Shown here: positions 20,376 to 30,942 of the stretch, in pieces
How positions within the stretch are numbered: the stretch's first letter is position 1
Layout: the number at the start of each line of letters is the position of its first letter
NCBI GenBank assembly: GCA_965660795.1
Contig: CBFIBF010000006.1
Location: 1 to 46,852 of the forward strand
Origin: Gammaproteobacteria bacterium
GTDB taxonomy: Bacteria > Pseudomonadota > Gammaproteobacteria > GCA-002705445 > GCA-002716945
Length of the DNA: 46,852 bases
Direction of reading: 5' to 3'
Position numbers and translations under genes: made by a program
The notes under the pieces: model-generated
Told to the model about the DNA's origin: nothing
The model's database searches: none
What the model saw: the letters and a program-made list of their open reading frames with translations, nothing else

Positions 20376-21498
20376 CAATACAAAAAGAATATTCATTATT
20401 GCAGGGGAACCATCTGGTGATCAACATGCATCCAGACTTATTAGGCAATATACAGAAAAAAATAAAGATATAATAGTTGATGCCTTTGGTCAAAATGAAT
20501 TAAAAAAAACTGGAGCTAATATTGTATATAATACAGAAAAAATTTCTGTAGTAGGAGTCATTGAAGTTCTCTCGAAGATTAACGAAATCTCTAGCGCTCT
20601 GAAGATAGCCAAAAGACATATCAAAGATACTAAACCTACTCTTATAATTTTAGTAGATTATGTTGAGTTTAATTTGAAAATTGCTAGATATGCAAGAAGT
20701 TTAAATATTCCTGTTTTATTTTATATTGCTCCACAGCTTTGGGCTTGGAGAGAAAAAAGAGCTAAATCTCTAATTGAAAACATAAATTACTTAGCAGTGA
20801 TATTTCCATTTGAAGAGTCTTTTTTCAAAAAATATACAAAAGATGTGTCATTTGTGGGACATCCTTTATTTCAAAACATTAGTCTGATGAATTCTGTAAA
20901 AAACATTAATGAAAGATCAATTGATCTTGGTATTTTTCCAGGAAGCAGAGAATCAGAAATAAAAAATAATATTCACATAATGCTGGACTGTTTACAAAAT
21001 AAAAAAGAACAAAATATTGCAATATTTTATGCCAATAAGACGTGTTTAGAGTTACTAAAAAGGTTATTGCCTGAGAACTATCATCCGTATTTAAAATCAG
21101 GAGAAGATATCAATGCAATAAGTGACTGTAAAAAAGCTATATGTGCATCAGGCACAATTACACTTCAACTAGCAATTCTAGAAGTACCGATGGTCATAAT
21201 GTATAAATTATCATTAATCACATACTTTATTATGAAGTCTTTAGTTAAATTAAAATATATAGGATTAGTTAATTTAGTACTTGGTAATACCATAGGATCG
21301 AAACCTATTGTAAAAGAATTCATTCAACCATCATATTCAGATCAAATTGATGCAATGGTTGAACTAAACAAGATTGATAATGACAATGAATATAGACAAG
21401 ATATGATTGATATGTACAAGGAAATCAAAAGTTGTCTATCAAACAAGACTCAGGATAATTTAAACAGTATCATAGATAGATTGCTCAACGTTATCTAG
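20365..21498 (+). CDS. lpxB: Lipid-A-disaccharide synthase
   Basis: IIAGEPSGD, APQLWAWR, FPFE, FVGHP, PGSRESE, SGTITL. Confidence 0.96.
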   Translation: MNINNTKRIFIIAGEPSGDQHASRLIRQYTEKNKDIIVDAFGQNELKKTGANIVYNTEKISVVGVIEVLSKINEISSALKIAKRHIKDTKPTLIILVDYVEFNLKIARYARSLNIPVLFYIAPQLWAWREKRAKSLIENINYLAVIFPFEESFFKKYTKDVSFVGHPLFQNISLMNSVKNINERSIDLGIFPGSRESEIKNNIHIMLDCLQNKKEQNIAIFYANKTCLELLKRLLPENYHPYLKSGEDINAISDCKKAICASGTITLQLAILEVPMVIMYKLSLITYFIMKSLVKLKYIGLVNLVLGNTIGSKPIVKEFIQPSYSDQIDAMVELNKIDNDNEYRQDMIDMYKEIKSCLSNKTQDNLNSIIDRLLNVI

Positions 21499-22261
21499 TA
21501 ACGCCTCTTTTACTTTCGACAAAAAAAGTTACAAATTTTTTTGTGAAATCATTTTCTAAATTAAGAGAATTATATTCATGTAATTTTTCAACAGAAGTCT
21601 TTTTTGATTTTATAAATAATTTGAAACATTTCTCAAGTGATTGAATAGTATTTTTATCAAAACCCTTTCTTTTCAGTCCTTTAACATTTATTTTGTATGC
21701 TTTTGCATGATTTCCTGACACCAGTGTATAGGGAGTTATATCTTGCGTAATAACAGTCCCAAGTCCAGAAAATGCATATTCACCTACTCTGCAAAACTGA
21801 TGTACTAAACTGAACCCTCCTAAGGAAACATATGACTCCAGATATACATGTCCAGCTAGACTAGCAGCGTTTGATAGTATGCAGTTGTCATTTACTATGC
21901 AATCATGTGCCACATGTGTATAAGCCATAAATAAATTGTTACTTCCTATAGATGTATAAGATATGCCTTTTTCTGTGCCACGATGTATGCTGCAATATTC
22001 TCTAAAAGTATTGTTGTCACCTATTGCGCAAGTAGTGTTCTCTCCATCAAACTTTAAATCTTGGGGGTCTTCACCAATTGTGGCATATTGATAGATGATA
22101 TTATTTTTACCAATTGATGTATTTTGTCTGATAATTGCATGCTCTTTTATTATTGTGCCCGCTTTAATGGATACATTTTTTTCAATAACAGAATAAGCGC
22201 CTATTTCAACGCTCTCCTCTATGTCAGCTGAAGGATCAATGATTGCTGTACTATGTATCAT
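21491..22261 (-). CDS. lpxA: UDP-GlcNAc(3N) acyltransferase
   Basis: Hexapeptide repeats, PQDLK, IHRGT, HVAHDC (catalytic His119), LAGHV, VHQF. Confidence 0.97.
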   Translation of the reverse strand: MIHSTAIIDPSADIEESVEIGAYSVIEKNVSIKAGTIIKEHAIIRQNTSIGKNNIIYQYATIGEDPQDLKFDGENTTCAIGDNNTFREYCSIHRGTEKGISYTSIGSNNLFMAYTHVAHDCIVNDNCILSNAASLAGHVYLESYVSLGGFSLVHQFCRVGEYAFSGLGTVITQDITPYTLVSGNHAKAYKINVKGLKRKGFDKNTIQSLEKCFKLFIKSKKTSVEKLHEYNSLNLENDFTKKFVTFFVESKRGVTR

Positions 22262-22682
22262 TCCTCGGTCTTATCGCTCCAATTAAATCAGCTTTACAAA
22301 CAGTTTCTGATTCTACCTCACAATATGCGGCAAATTTATGGACTTCACTTTTGCTTTGAAGTAACTCTGCATGAATTGTAATTATATCACCGGGAAGTAC
22401 CTGTTTTTTAAACCTCGCATTGTCTATACCAACAAAATAATATAGGTACTTCGTCATATCTCTTTTATTACTATGTACATCAAGGATAGCTGTAGCTTGT
22501 GCCATAGCTTCAATTAAAAGAACTCCAGGGAACACTGGATGTTCAGGAAAATGTCCTTGGAAAAAAGGTTCATTATTACTAACGTTTTTGTTTGCTATTA
22601 TTGTCTTGTCTTTTTCGATTTTAATAACTTTATCAATCAAAAGAAAAGGATATCTATGAGGTAAGTAATTTTGAATTATCAT
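22251..22682 (-). CDS. fabZ: 3-hydroxyacyl-ACP dehydratase
   Basis: LPHRYPFLLID, FFQGHFP, PGVLLIEAMAQ; start set at ATG 22682, after the lpxD stop. Confidence 0.97.
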   Translation of the reverse strand: MIIQNYLPHRYPFLLIDKVIKIEKDKTIIANKNVSNNEPFFQGHFPEHPVFPGVLLIEAMAQATAILDVHSNKRDMTKYLYYFVGIDNARFKKQVLPGDIITIHAELLQSKSEVHKFAAYCEVESETVCKADLIGAIRPRNDT

Positions 22683-22692
22683 ATTATATTGC

Positions 22693-23577
22693 CTATTTTT
22701 TCTTATAAAGGTTTCTGAATAATACTTGATTTTTGCTCCAATTACGAACTGTATCGGCTGCCATTGCTGACGCATATGATCCTTCTTTTTTGATCGATTT
22801 AGTAACCATTGTCATACCATGAATATGCACGTTATCGCATAATGTTATATGACCGTTAATACCAACACCTCCACCTATAGTACAGTTATTTCCAATAATC
22901 GTACTCCCTGCAATTCCAGTGCAAGCAGCGATTGCAGTGTTCTTGCCTATCGTTACATTATGCGCAATATGTACTAAATTATCTATTTTACAGTTTTTTC
23001 TTAGATACGTATTATCAATCATGCCTCTATCAATGGTTGTTCCGCTACCTATTTCAACGTTATCCTCTATAACAACAGAGCCAACATGAGGGATTTTAGC
23101 CCATGAGTTTTCATCACGATAAAGTCCAAAGCCATCAGAGCCAATTACAGCATTAGGGTGAATTATTACATTGTCTCCAATGATAGTATCATGATTAATA
23201 AATACTCCGGGATATAGTAAACAATTTTTTCCAATTTTGACGTTCTCTCCAATTGTGACGTTCAAATGATTATCTAATAATTCATATTTACTACTGTTAC
23301 TAATTCTGTAAAGTAATTTGGATAAGGATTTAGATACATTTTTAGTCCTGAATAATAATATATCTTTACCTATATCTTTTGAAAACGAAAAATCAACAAT
23401 TAAACCAGCAAATGGAGATAAATCATAATTATTATGATTTGTAAGAAAACCTAGTGAGCCTTTAATAGGATTAGTTATAGTTGATATGGTATCAAATAAA
23501 TTGTCACTATTTGAATTACACTCTGCGCCAAGGACATTCTCTAGTTCACTAATAGTATAAGCTTTATCTAGCTTCAT
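22693..23577 (-). CDS. lpxD: UDP-3-O-acylglucosamine N-acyltransferase (short form)
   Basis: IGSDGFG, IPHVG, TIDRG, KIDNLVHIAHN; skp-lpxD-fabZ synteny. Confidence 0.95.
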   Translation of the reverse strand: MKLDKAYTISELENVLGAECNSNSDNLFDTISTITNPIKGSLGFLTNHNNYDLSPFAGLIVDFSFSKDIGKDILLFRTKNVSKSLSKLLYRISNSSKYELLDNHLNVTIGENVKIGKNCLLYPGVFINHDTIIGDNVIIHPNAVIGSDGFGLYRDENSWAKIPHVGSVVIEDNVEIGSGTTIDRGMIDNTYLRKNCKIDNLVHIAHNVTIGKNTAIAACTGIAGSTIIGNNCTIGGGVGINGHITLCDNVHIHGMTMVTKSIKKEGSYASAMAADTVRNWSKNQVLFRNLYKKK

Positions 23578-23578
23578 T

Positions 23579-24079
23579 CTAGTTGAGCTTATTTATAATC
23601 TCTTGAGTGATATCAACATATTTTTTAGCATACAAAGTTGTTCCGTCAGCTCTTAATATTAAATCATAGTCATTATCTTTTGCATATTCATTAATAGCAT
23701 TCTCTACAATAACTCGTATTCTATTTAGTTCAGAATTCTGTTTGGTTTGTAGTTCTTTCTGAAGAGATTGTTGTTTTTCTCTAAATTCTTTTTCAATTTT
23801 ATTAATTTGACTTATTTTATTTTTTCTCTCATCCTTCGACATGACTCTCTCGTTTTTAAGATAATCGTCATTTAACTTATTCCATGAAGTCTCTATCTCT
23901 TTTAATTTGTCTGCTTTAGGTTTAAATTCATTTTTTATATTATTTTGAGACTCTTTGTATATAGGTATTTCTTTAAATAACACATCAAGCTTTACAATTC
24001 CTACTTTAATTTCAGCTTGCACTAGATTTGGTAAAATCACGAGAATTATAAACAAATAAGTACTGAATTTCTTCATCAT
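23579..24079 (-). CDS. skp: Periplasmic chaperone Skp/OmpH
   Basis: Signal peptide, KVGIV, coiled coil, YDLIL...DIT; between bamA and lpxD. Confidence 0.93.
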   Translation of the reverse strand: MMKKFSTYLFIILVILPNLVQAEIKVGIVKLDVLFKEIPIYKESQNNIKNEFKPKADKLKEIETSWNKLNDDYLKNERVMSKDERKNKISQINKIEKEFREKQQSLQKELQTKQNSELNRIRVIVENAINEYAKDNDYDLILRADGTTLYAKKYVDITQEIINKLN

Positions 24080-26412
24080 CAGAATGCCCCTCCAAGAGAA
24101 AATATAACTGGTTTTGTATCATCGCCAGATTTGGACTTGAATGCATTCACAAATCCAATAGATACAGCACCTACAGGAGTTCTGAAATTGCCTTGAATTC
24201 CATAACTACCTCGTAAATCACTATAACTAAAATCCGCAATATCTTCAAATACATTACCTATATCAACAAATAATGATGCTCTGAAGTTTCTATTATCCTC
24301 GCCCAAAAATGGCGGAGGAGGAAAAATCCAGTCATTCTGAATTGCAAAAAGAAAATCTCCACCAATAGCATCACAAGTTTTGGCTGTGCATGTAGTATTA
24401 TTTTTGAGTGGTCCCAGGCTATTAGAATCAAAACCTCTTACAGTTCGGTCGCCACCAGCAAAAAATTTATCATGAAATGGGAGACTTGATGATCCTATCA
24501 AACCTGTACCAATTCCAAGTTGCGGCTTAGTTTGAAGAACGGTATTCCAATCAAACATGTTTAAAAAGTTCAGCTTGTAAGGCTTGTTGTATTCACCCAT
24601 AAATTTGACAGATGCGTATGAGTAATCAAAATCAGGTGGTATATAAAAATTTGAAATTATACTTTGTCTTTTACCAGTAGACGCATAAATAGTTCGGTCT
24701 CTTGTATCTTCAGTATAATTCGCATTAAGTAGAAAGCCTAGATGCGTATCACCATGTTTATTTAAAAATGATCTAACATTTGATGGAGAACCTGAGGTTA
24801 TTGTATATTCAGTTAGTACTAGCTGCGCTCCGTAGCCATAAGATTTAGTCTCAGATATTGGGATATTAAAATCAAAACCATATGCTATAGTATCTGATAA
24901 ATATGCAGCTGTTGAAGTTGAAGATACGTCAGTTTCACTAAAAACAAGATTGGTGCTCTTAGAAATTCCATCACTTGTATGATAAGGATTTGTATTACGA
25001 TATCTAATCAACTTTCTATAAGAACTTCTTTCTAGTTCTAAAGAAACGTTGTTCCCTCTTCCTAGAAAATTATCTTGTTGAAGCTTAACGTTAAAAATAG
25101 CTCCCGAAGAATCAGAATAACCCGCACCAATTTGAAATTCACCTGATTGTGTTTCATCAATTATAAAATCAATATCTATTTCACCTGTCGATTGATTTAT
25201 GATTGTCTTCTTAACCTCAACATTATTTACATATTTTAAACGTTGCAATCTTATTTTGGATCTATTAATTTTATTTTCTTGATACAATGATGACTCAAAT
25301 TGTCTTAGCTCGCGTCTGTAGACTTCATCATTAGTCTTGGTGTTTCCAATTATATTGATTCTTCTCACAAAGGACTTAGAATTTGAGTTGATAAGAAAAG
25401 CTATATCAACAGATGAAGCGCTATCATCAAATGAAACGTTGTAATTGATATCAGGGAATGCATATCCCTTCTCGCCTAGAATAAACTTTATACTTTCTTT
25501 TGTTGATTCAATTTTTGATCGATCAAATGATGTTCCTGGTTTTAAATTGAATTTTAGGATATTTTTAAATATTTCATCATTGAAGTTTTCAAGACCCATT
25601 GCGCTAACATTTCCAAATGTATATTTTTTTCCTTCGTCAATTGAAATAGTTATATAAATATCTTTCTTGTCTGAGGACAAGTTAACTTGTTTAGACACAA
25701 TCTTTACCTTTGCGTAACCCATATTCTGATAGTATTGTATTATTGACTCAATATCTTGATCTAGCTGAGTATTGTTATATATGTCTTTATCAGACCAAAA
25801 TTCAAACCAATACTTAGGGCCAGACTTAATGATAGATTTAATTTGACGATTAGAAAAACTTCTATTACCTATAATTTTAACTTCCTTTATAGTTGAAGCT
25901 TCGCCTTCATTAATTTTTACATTGAGATTAACTAGATTATTTTCAACCGTCACTACTTCAATTTCAACTGATGAAGAATAGCGGCCGTTGTCATAATATA
26001 ATCTGACAAGTTCCTGTTCGACCTTATCTAATAGATTTTTGCTATAGGGTTTACTTTTTTTTATGCCAATACTTTCAAGAGATGAAATGACTTGATCAGT
26101 TTCAAGAAGTTTGTTGCCTTCAACGTTTATTTTAGATACTAGAGGTGTCTCTATTACATTAATTATTAGAGTATTATTTTCCGCTTTAATGCTTATATCT
26201 GTAAAAAGATTCGTAGAGAATAAACGTTTTATAATCTCAGAAATATCATCCTGATTGTAAATCTTGCCAATCTCAAAATTAGAATATTCAATTATCTCTT
26301 CATTTGATATTCTTATGTTTCCATCTATTTCAATGAAATTTAGTTGCTGTTCATCAGCATGAGATAGATTTATATAAAAAGAAATAATGATTAGGCAGAA
26401 AATTCGAATCAT
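24079..26412 (-). CDS. bamA: Outer membrane protein assembly factor BamA
   Basis: POTRA repeats, NFLGRG, VRGF motif, TPVG, terminal Phe. Confidence 0.97.
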   Translation of the reverse strand: MIRIFCLIIISFYINLSHADEQQLNFIEIDGNIRISNEEIIEYSNFEIGKIYNQDDISEIIKRLFSTNLFTDISIKAENNTLIINVIETPLVSKINVEGNKLLETDQVISSLESIGIKKSKPYSKNLLDKVEQELVRLYYDNGRYSSSVEIEVVTVENNLVNLNVKINEGEASTIKEVKIIGNRSFSNRQIKSIIKSGPKYWFEFWSDKDIYNNTQLDQDIESIIQYYQNMGYAKVKIVSKQVNLSSDKKDIYITISIDEGKKYTFGNVSAMGLENFNDEIFKNILKFNLKPGTSFDRSKIESTKESIKFILGEKGYAFPDINYNVSFDDSASSVDIAFLINSNSKSFVRRINIIGNTKTNDEVYRRELRQFESSLYQENKINRSKIRLQRLKYVNNVEVKKTIINQSTGEIDIDFIIDETQSGEFQIGAGYSDSSGAIFNVKLQQDNFLGRGNNVSLELERSSYRKLIRYRNTNPYHTSDGISKSTNLVFSETDVSSTSTAAYLSDTIAYGFDFNIPISETKSYGYGAQLVLTEYTITSGSPSNVRSFLNKHGDTHLGFLLNANYTEDTRDRTIYASTGKRQSIISNFYIPPDFDYSYASVKFMGEYNKPYKLNFLNMFDWNTVLQTKPQLGIGTGLIGSSSLPFHDKFFAGGDRTVRGFDSNSLGPLKNNTTCTAKTCDAIGGDFLFAIQNDWIFPPPPFLGEDNRNFRASLFVDIGNVFEDIADFSYSDLRGSYGIQGNFRTPVGAVSIGFVNAFKSKSGDDTKPVIFSLGGAF

Positions 26413-27719
26413 GAAAATATTCTGACGAAATCGTTATAAAATGCAATTATCATAATGAACCCAAGAAGTGCTATACCTATGAACTGGGCTATTAATTGAA
26501 CTTTATGAGGTAATTCTTCACCAAATACTATTTCATAAATATAATATACAAGATGGCCTCCGTCTAACATTGGAATTGGTAACAGATTTAGCACTCCCAG
26601 ACTTACGCTTAAGATTGCCAATAGATACAAGAAATACGAAAATCCCATTTCAAGAGATCTTCCTGAGAATTGAGCGATTGAAAGTGGGCCACTAAGGTTT
26701 TTTACATTAGCCTCACCAATAACAAGTCTCCCAATCATTTTAAAGGTTAAAAGCGTGTAGTCAGATGTACTGGTAATTGCACGATTGATTGAGTCAAAAA
26801 AGTTGTAATTTACAAATACGAAATCTGTTTTATCAATTTTTTTTGAAACTCCTAAAAATCCATTTCCATTCTTTTCAAGTACGCGTGCGTCATAATCAAT
26901 GACCTTGCTATCACGTAACGCAACTATGTTTATTTTCTGATCAGGAGATTCCTTAATAATACTTACAAAGTCGCTCCAACTATCTACAAGTTGTCCATTG
27001 ATACTCAAAATTTGGTCGTCAACCTGTATATTTTGATTATTAGCATTAGTATTCACATCACCAATTATTGCATCACGTCCAGGATATATTATGTTTAAAC
27101 CTATATTTGATACGATGTCACCTTCCATGTTTAAGATGCTTGCATCATATTTGACAGGAAATTGATTAAAGTTATTGTTTATGTCTTTAAGTGTTAAGAT
27201 TATTTTTTTCTGATTTACCACATTATTCAATAACTCAACTCTTACATCCTGCCATCGTTGTACTTGGTTATTATTTACAGAAACTACATCATAAACATTA
27301 TTTTCCAGAGATATTTTTGGCTTAACACCACTGATGCCATACATAAAAGTTATAGCAAAAAATATTACAGCTAATATTAAGTTAAAAATAGGACCTGCTG
27401 CGACGACTGCAAATCTCTGGTAAACACTTTTTTTATCAAAACAGTGTTTATGGTCATTTTCATCAATTTCGTTAGGTTGTCCATCTGGATTTTTTGATTC
27501 TAGCATCTGTACATATCCGCCAAGGGGAATCATGCATAGTGAATATTCAGTATTTGTTTTACTTGAAATCCAAGAGTAAATAGGTTTGCCAAACCCTACA
27601 CTAAACTTAAGTACTCTTATATCGCACATTCTAGCCACCAGATAATGACCATACTCATGAAAGGTAACCAAAATACCTATTGCAATGATGAAACCGATTA
27701 TACTATTGATTAATTCCAT
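26409..27719 (-). CDS. rseP: Intramembrane zinc metalloprotease RseP
   Basis: HEYGH, PLGGYV, PDZ region, NLLPIPMLDGG. Confidence 0.97.
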   Translation of the reverse strand: MELINSIIGFIIAIGILVTFHEYGHYLVARMCDIRVLKFSVGFGKPIYSWISSKTNTEYSLCMIPLGGYVQMLESKNPDGQPNEIDENDHKHCFDKKSVYQRFAVVAAGPIFNLILAVIFFAITFMYGISGVKPKISLENNVYDVVSVNNNQVQRWQDVRVELLNNVVNQKKIILTLKDINNNFNQFPVKYDASILNMEGDIVSNIGLNIIYPGRDAIIGDVNTNANNQNIQVDDQILSINGQLVDSWSDFVSIIKESPDQKINIVALRDSKVIDYDARVLEKNGNGFLGVSKKIDKTDFVFVNYNFFDSINRAITSTSDYTLLTFKMIGRLVIGEANVKNLSGPLSIAQFSGRSLEMGFSYFLYLLAILSVSLGVLNLLPIPMLDGGHLVYYIYEIVFGEELPHKVQLIAQFIGIALLGFIMIIAFYNDFVRIFS

Positions 27720-28905
27720 ATTTTTTACTTATTATTTCTTCTGTCAATTTTCTTACTGAAATGTCATTTTCTATTATAGACTTAATATTACTGTGACTAC
27801 ATAGTTCATTTTGATCCAATACATTATTGATGATATTAGATATATCTGTAAATTTAATCATGCCTTTAAGAAAATATTCTACACTAGTTTCATTAGCAGC
27901 ATTAAGAATAAGTCCAGAATTTTTTCCAACTTCTGCAACATCTCTTGCAATCTGGTAACATGGAAATTTGTTTATTGGGATAGCTTCAAATGTCAAGTTA
28001 GAGAAATCAAAAGACTTTGATGATCCTGTGTATAGTCTATCAGGAAATGTTAATGCGTATGATATTGGTACTCGCATGTCAGGTTGAGAAAAGTGAGCAA
28101 TGGTGGCTCCATCAAAGAAATCTACTAAAGCATGTACTTGACTCTGACGGTGTATTACAGCATTGATATTAGATAAATCCAAATTGAATAACAATTTTGC
28201 TTCTATTATCTCTAGACCTTTATTCATCATCGTTGATGAATCTATAGAAATTTTATCACCCATTTTCCATGTAGGATGCATAACCGCTTCCTTTGGAGTC
28301 ACTTTTTGTAAGTCAGAAAGCTTATAATCTATGAAGGGTCCGCCCGATGCAGTAATTGTAAGTTTATTAATTTTAGATTTGTAATAATCATTATGAAATA
28401 TCTTAAGATCTAGCCCTGATGATAAAATTATTTGTAGAATAGCATTATGCTCACTATCGATGGGTAGTAGTAAAGCATCCGATTTAAGCATTAAATCTCG
28501 AATAAGTCCGCCAGCAGAAACTAGTATTTCTTTGTTAGCAGCTAATATTGTTTTATTAGTTTTAATGGCACTTACAACAGGTTTTAAACATTCAAATCCA
28601 ACTATCGAGGCTACAACTATATCGACATCATTGTTAGAACATATTTCTTCAAGACCATCAGAGCCAAATAATATTTCAGTATCTTTTAACTTAATTCCAT
28701 GTTTTTTTATAAATAAATTATATTTATCAAGATTTGTTATTACAGCTATGTTAGGTTTATATTTATTAATTTGTTTAAGTAATAAATCAGTATTACTATT
28801 ACAGGAAATTCCATATAAAGAGAAATTGCCCTTCAATGATGCCATGACATCGAGGGTGTTTCGTCCTATTGATCCTGTCGAACCTAGTATACTTATCTTT
28901 TTCAT
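27703..28905 (-). CDS. dxr: 1-deoxy-D-xylulose 5-phosphate reductoisomerase
   Basis: LGSTGSIG, ANKE, PIDSEH, TASGGPF, HPTWKMG, NKGLEIIEA; start at ATGA overlap with cdsA. Confidence 0.98.
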   Translation of the reverse strand: MKKISILGSTGSIGRNTLDVMASLKGNFSLYGISCNSNTDLLLKQINKYKPNIAVITNLDKYNLFIKKHGIKLKDTEILFGSDGLEEICSNNDVDIVVASIVGFECLKPVVSAIKTNKTILAANKEILVSAGGLIRDLMLKSDALLLPIDSEHNAILQIILSSGLDLKIFHNDYYKSKINKLTITASGGPFIDYKLSDLQKVTPKEAVMHPTWKMGDKISIDSSTMMNKGLEIIEAKLLFNLDLSNINAVIHRQSQVHALVDFFDGATIAHFSQPDMRVPISYALTFPDRLYTGSSKSFDFSNLTFEAIPINKFPCYQIARDVAEVGKNSGLILNAANETSVEYFLKGMIKFTDISNIINNVLDQNELCSHSNIKSIIENDISVRKLTEEIISKKYGINQ

Positions 28906-29714
28906 GACAAGAACCAAACAAAAAATACTGGTAGTGAAGGGAAATAACTATCAAGTCTATCTAGGATGCCGCCATGACCTGGTAGAATAGATCCTGTATC
29001 TTTTTTCTTATAAGTCCTTTTAATAAAACTCATAAATAAGTCTCCAAAAAAAGTCATTAAAATAAATATCAACATAATCATCAAGTCGAGTGATGTCCAA
29101 TTGAAGTTTAAATAAACAGAAATAAGATAAAAAGTAAAAAATGTTAAGAACAAAGAACCTATATAACCTTCAAACGTTTTGTTGGGACTTATATCTGAAC
29201 CAATCTTATTTTTGCCTATTGCTTTGCCACATATGTATGCATATACATCAACAGATGTAACCAACAGTATTAGTATCAAAAAATATAATTTATTATCAAT
29301 TAATTCATTATCTATAATTATCGTATTACTTGAAGGATACAAATTAGTAAGAAAGGTGAAAAATGAGGAAATAATAAGAGTGCCAATCAGCAAAGAATAC
29401 TTTTTGATAAAATGTTGAAGTGATTTTTTAAAGAAAAATAGATAGATAGAAAGTAACAGCCATAATGAAATACAGATATATGAAAACATTGTAAGATTAA
29501 TTATAAGAAAGTAATGTAAAAATATAAGTAAAAGAAAAAAAGGGATAAAAAATGTAATTGATTTGGATGTAAGTCTTAACCACTCTAGGTATGCGACTAA
29601 AGATATCGCGTATATTGTAATGTTAAAGATAATATTAGAGCCAAAATAAAAGAGTAATGCTAGTAATATCAACATAAACATACCAGTGAGAGTTCTTGTT
29701 AAATATTCTGTCAT
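28902..29714 (-). CDS. cdsA: Phosphatidate cytidylyltransferase
   Basis: Multi-TM; SPNKTFEG, GDLFMS.IKR, KDTGSILPGHGGILDRLDS. Confidence 0.96.
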   Translation of the reverse strand: MTEYLTRTLTGMFMLILLALLFYFGSNIIFNITIYAISLVAYLEWLRLTSKSITFFIPFFLLLIFLHYFLIINLTMFSYICISLWLLLSIYLFFFKKSLQHFIKKYSLLIGTLIISSFFTFLTNLYPSSNTIIIDNELIDNKLYFLILILLVTSVDVYAYICGKAIGKNKIGSDISPNKTFEGYIGSLFLTFFTFYLISVYLNFNWTSLDLMIMLIFILMTFFGDLFMSFIKRTYKKKDTGSILPGHGGILDRLDSYFPSLPVFFVWFLS

Positions 29715-30382
29715 TAGTTGACTTTACCAAAGTTCCTTTTGATTAATTTATAGTCATTAATAATGTTCTCTAACTCATCAGAGCAGAAATCTGGCCATAA
29801 AGTATCAACAAAAACTAACTCGCTGTATACTGACTGCCAAAGCATGAAATTACTTAATCTTTTATAACCTCCAGTTCGTATGATCAAGTCTGGATAGTTT
29901 CTGCCTGTAGACAGATAATCTGGTAATTTAGTATTATCAAAGTTACCGATATCATCAATCATGGTTTCAATTGCATTTATAATGTCCCATTGACCGCCAT
30001 AATTATATGCAATATTAAGAGAGTATTTATTAAATTTAGAAGTCAGTTGCTCAGCTTGTTGAATTGTTGTTTTTATTGAGATTGGTAAATTTGTAATATC
30101 TCCGATAACTTTGAATTTTACTTTATTATTCAATAAATCATGCAAGTGATGTTTGATTGATTTATCGAGAAGATAGGAGATATAATCAGTTTCTTCTTTT
30201 GACCTATACATATTCTCGCTACTCATTGCAAAGAATGTGGCTGAGTTAATGCCTAAATCTATACATGAAGAAAATATATTATAGACATTTGATGAACCTG
30301 ATTCGTGCCCATGCTTACGAGCTTTTTTTTGTGAATTAGCCCATCTTCCATTGCCGTCCATTATAAAGGCTATATGGTCCAT
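29714..30382 (-). CDS. uppS: Undecaprenyl diphosphate synthase
   Basis: HIAFIMDGNGRW, SSEN, NYGG, PDLIIRTGG..RLSNFMLWQ. Confidence 0.97.
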   Translation of the reverse strand: MDHIAFIMDGNGRWANSQKKARKHGHESGSSNVYNIFSSCIDLGINSATFFAMSSENMYRSKEETDYISYLLDKSIKHHLHDLLNNKVKFKVIGDITNLPISIKTTIQQAEQLTSKFNKYSLNIAYNYGGQWDIINAIETMIDDIGNFDNTKLPDYLSTGRNYPDLIIRTGGYKRLSNFMLWQSVYSELVFVDTLWPDFCSDELENIINDYKLIKRNFGKVN

Positions 30383-30384
30383 GT

Positions 30385-30942
30385 TTATATTTCACTTATT
30401 TCATTAATCTTGTTATCTGAAATATCGTCTGAGATCTTTATATAGTTGTCAGTAAGTTCCTGAATCTCTATAGTGTAGTCCCTTTCAAAATCCTTAGATA
30501 TCTTCTTTTCCTTCTCTAAATTGGAAATTGATGTATTGGCTGTTCTTCTAATATTTCTAAGTGTGACCTTAATGTTCTCTGTCTCTTTTTTGACAATTTT
30601 TTTCAATTCTTCTCTTCTTTCCTGAGTAAGTGGCGGGAACTTTATATGTAGATTCGTTCCGTTGACAACCGGATTAACCCCTAGGTTACTTTCATTAAGA
30701 GCTTTCTCTATTAATGAAACCGCATTTTTATCCCATACGCTTAGACTTATTGTTGATGCATCTGTAACAGTTATATTAGCAAGTTGTTTGATGGGGGTAT
30801 TGGTACCGAAGTAATCAATCATGATTTGATCAAGAATGCTTGGGTTTGGTCTTCCTGCGCGAATTTTTGATAAAACCAACTTAAAGTTATCTATGCTTTT
30901 ATCCATTGTTGACGTGGTGTCAGATTTAATTTGATCAAACAT
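30385..30942 (-). CDS. frr: Ribosome recycling factor
   Basis: IRAGRPNP, LGVNP, PPLTQERR, RNIRR. Confidence 0.97.
   Translation of the reverse strand: MFDQIKSDTTSTMDKSIDNFKLVLSKIRAGRPNPSILDQIMIDYFGTNTPIKQLANITVTDASTISLSVWDKNAVSLIEKALNESNLGVNPVVNGTNLHIKFPPLTQERREELKKIVKKETENIKVTLRNIRRTANTSISNLEKEKKISKDFERDYTIEIQELTDNYIKISDDISDNKINEISEI

Noticed and set aside
18325-21500. Phase-variable invertible element
   Set aside because: No matching inverted repeats at the junctions, no recombinase in the window, and the right junction is an overlap of two stop regions
28460-28990. 176-aa plus-strand ORF
   Set aside because: Antisense to dxr/cdsA, no recognisable features
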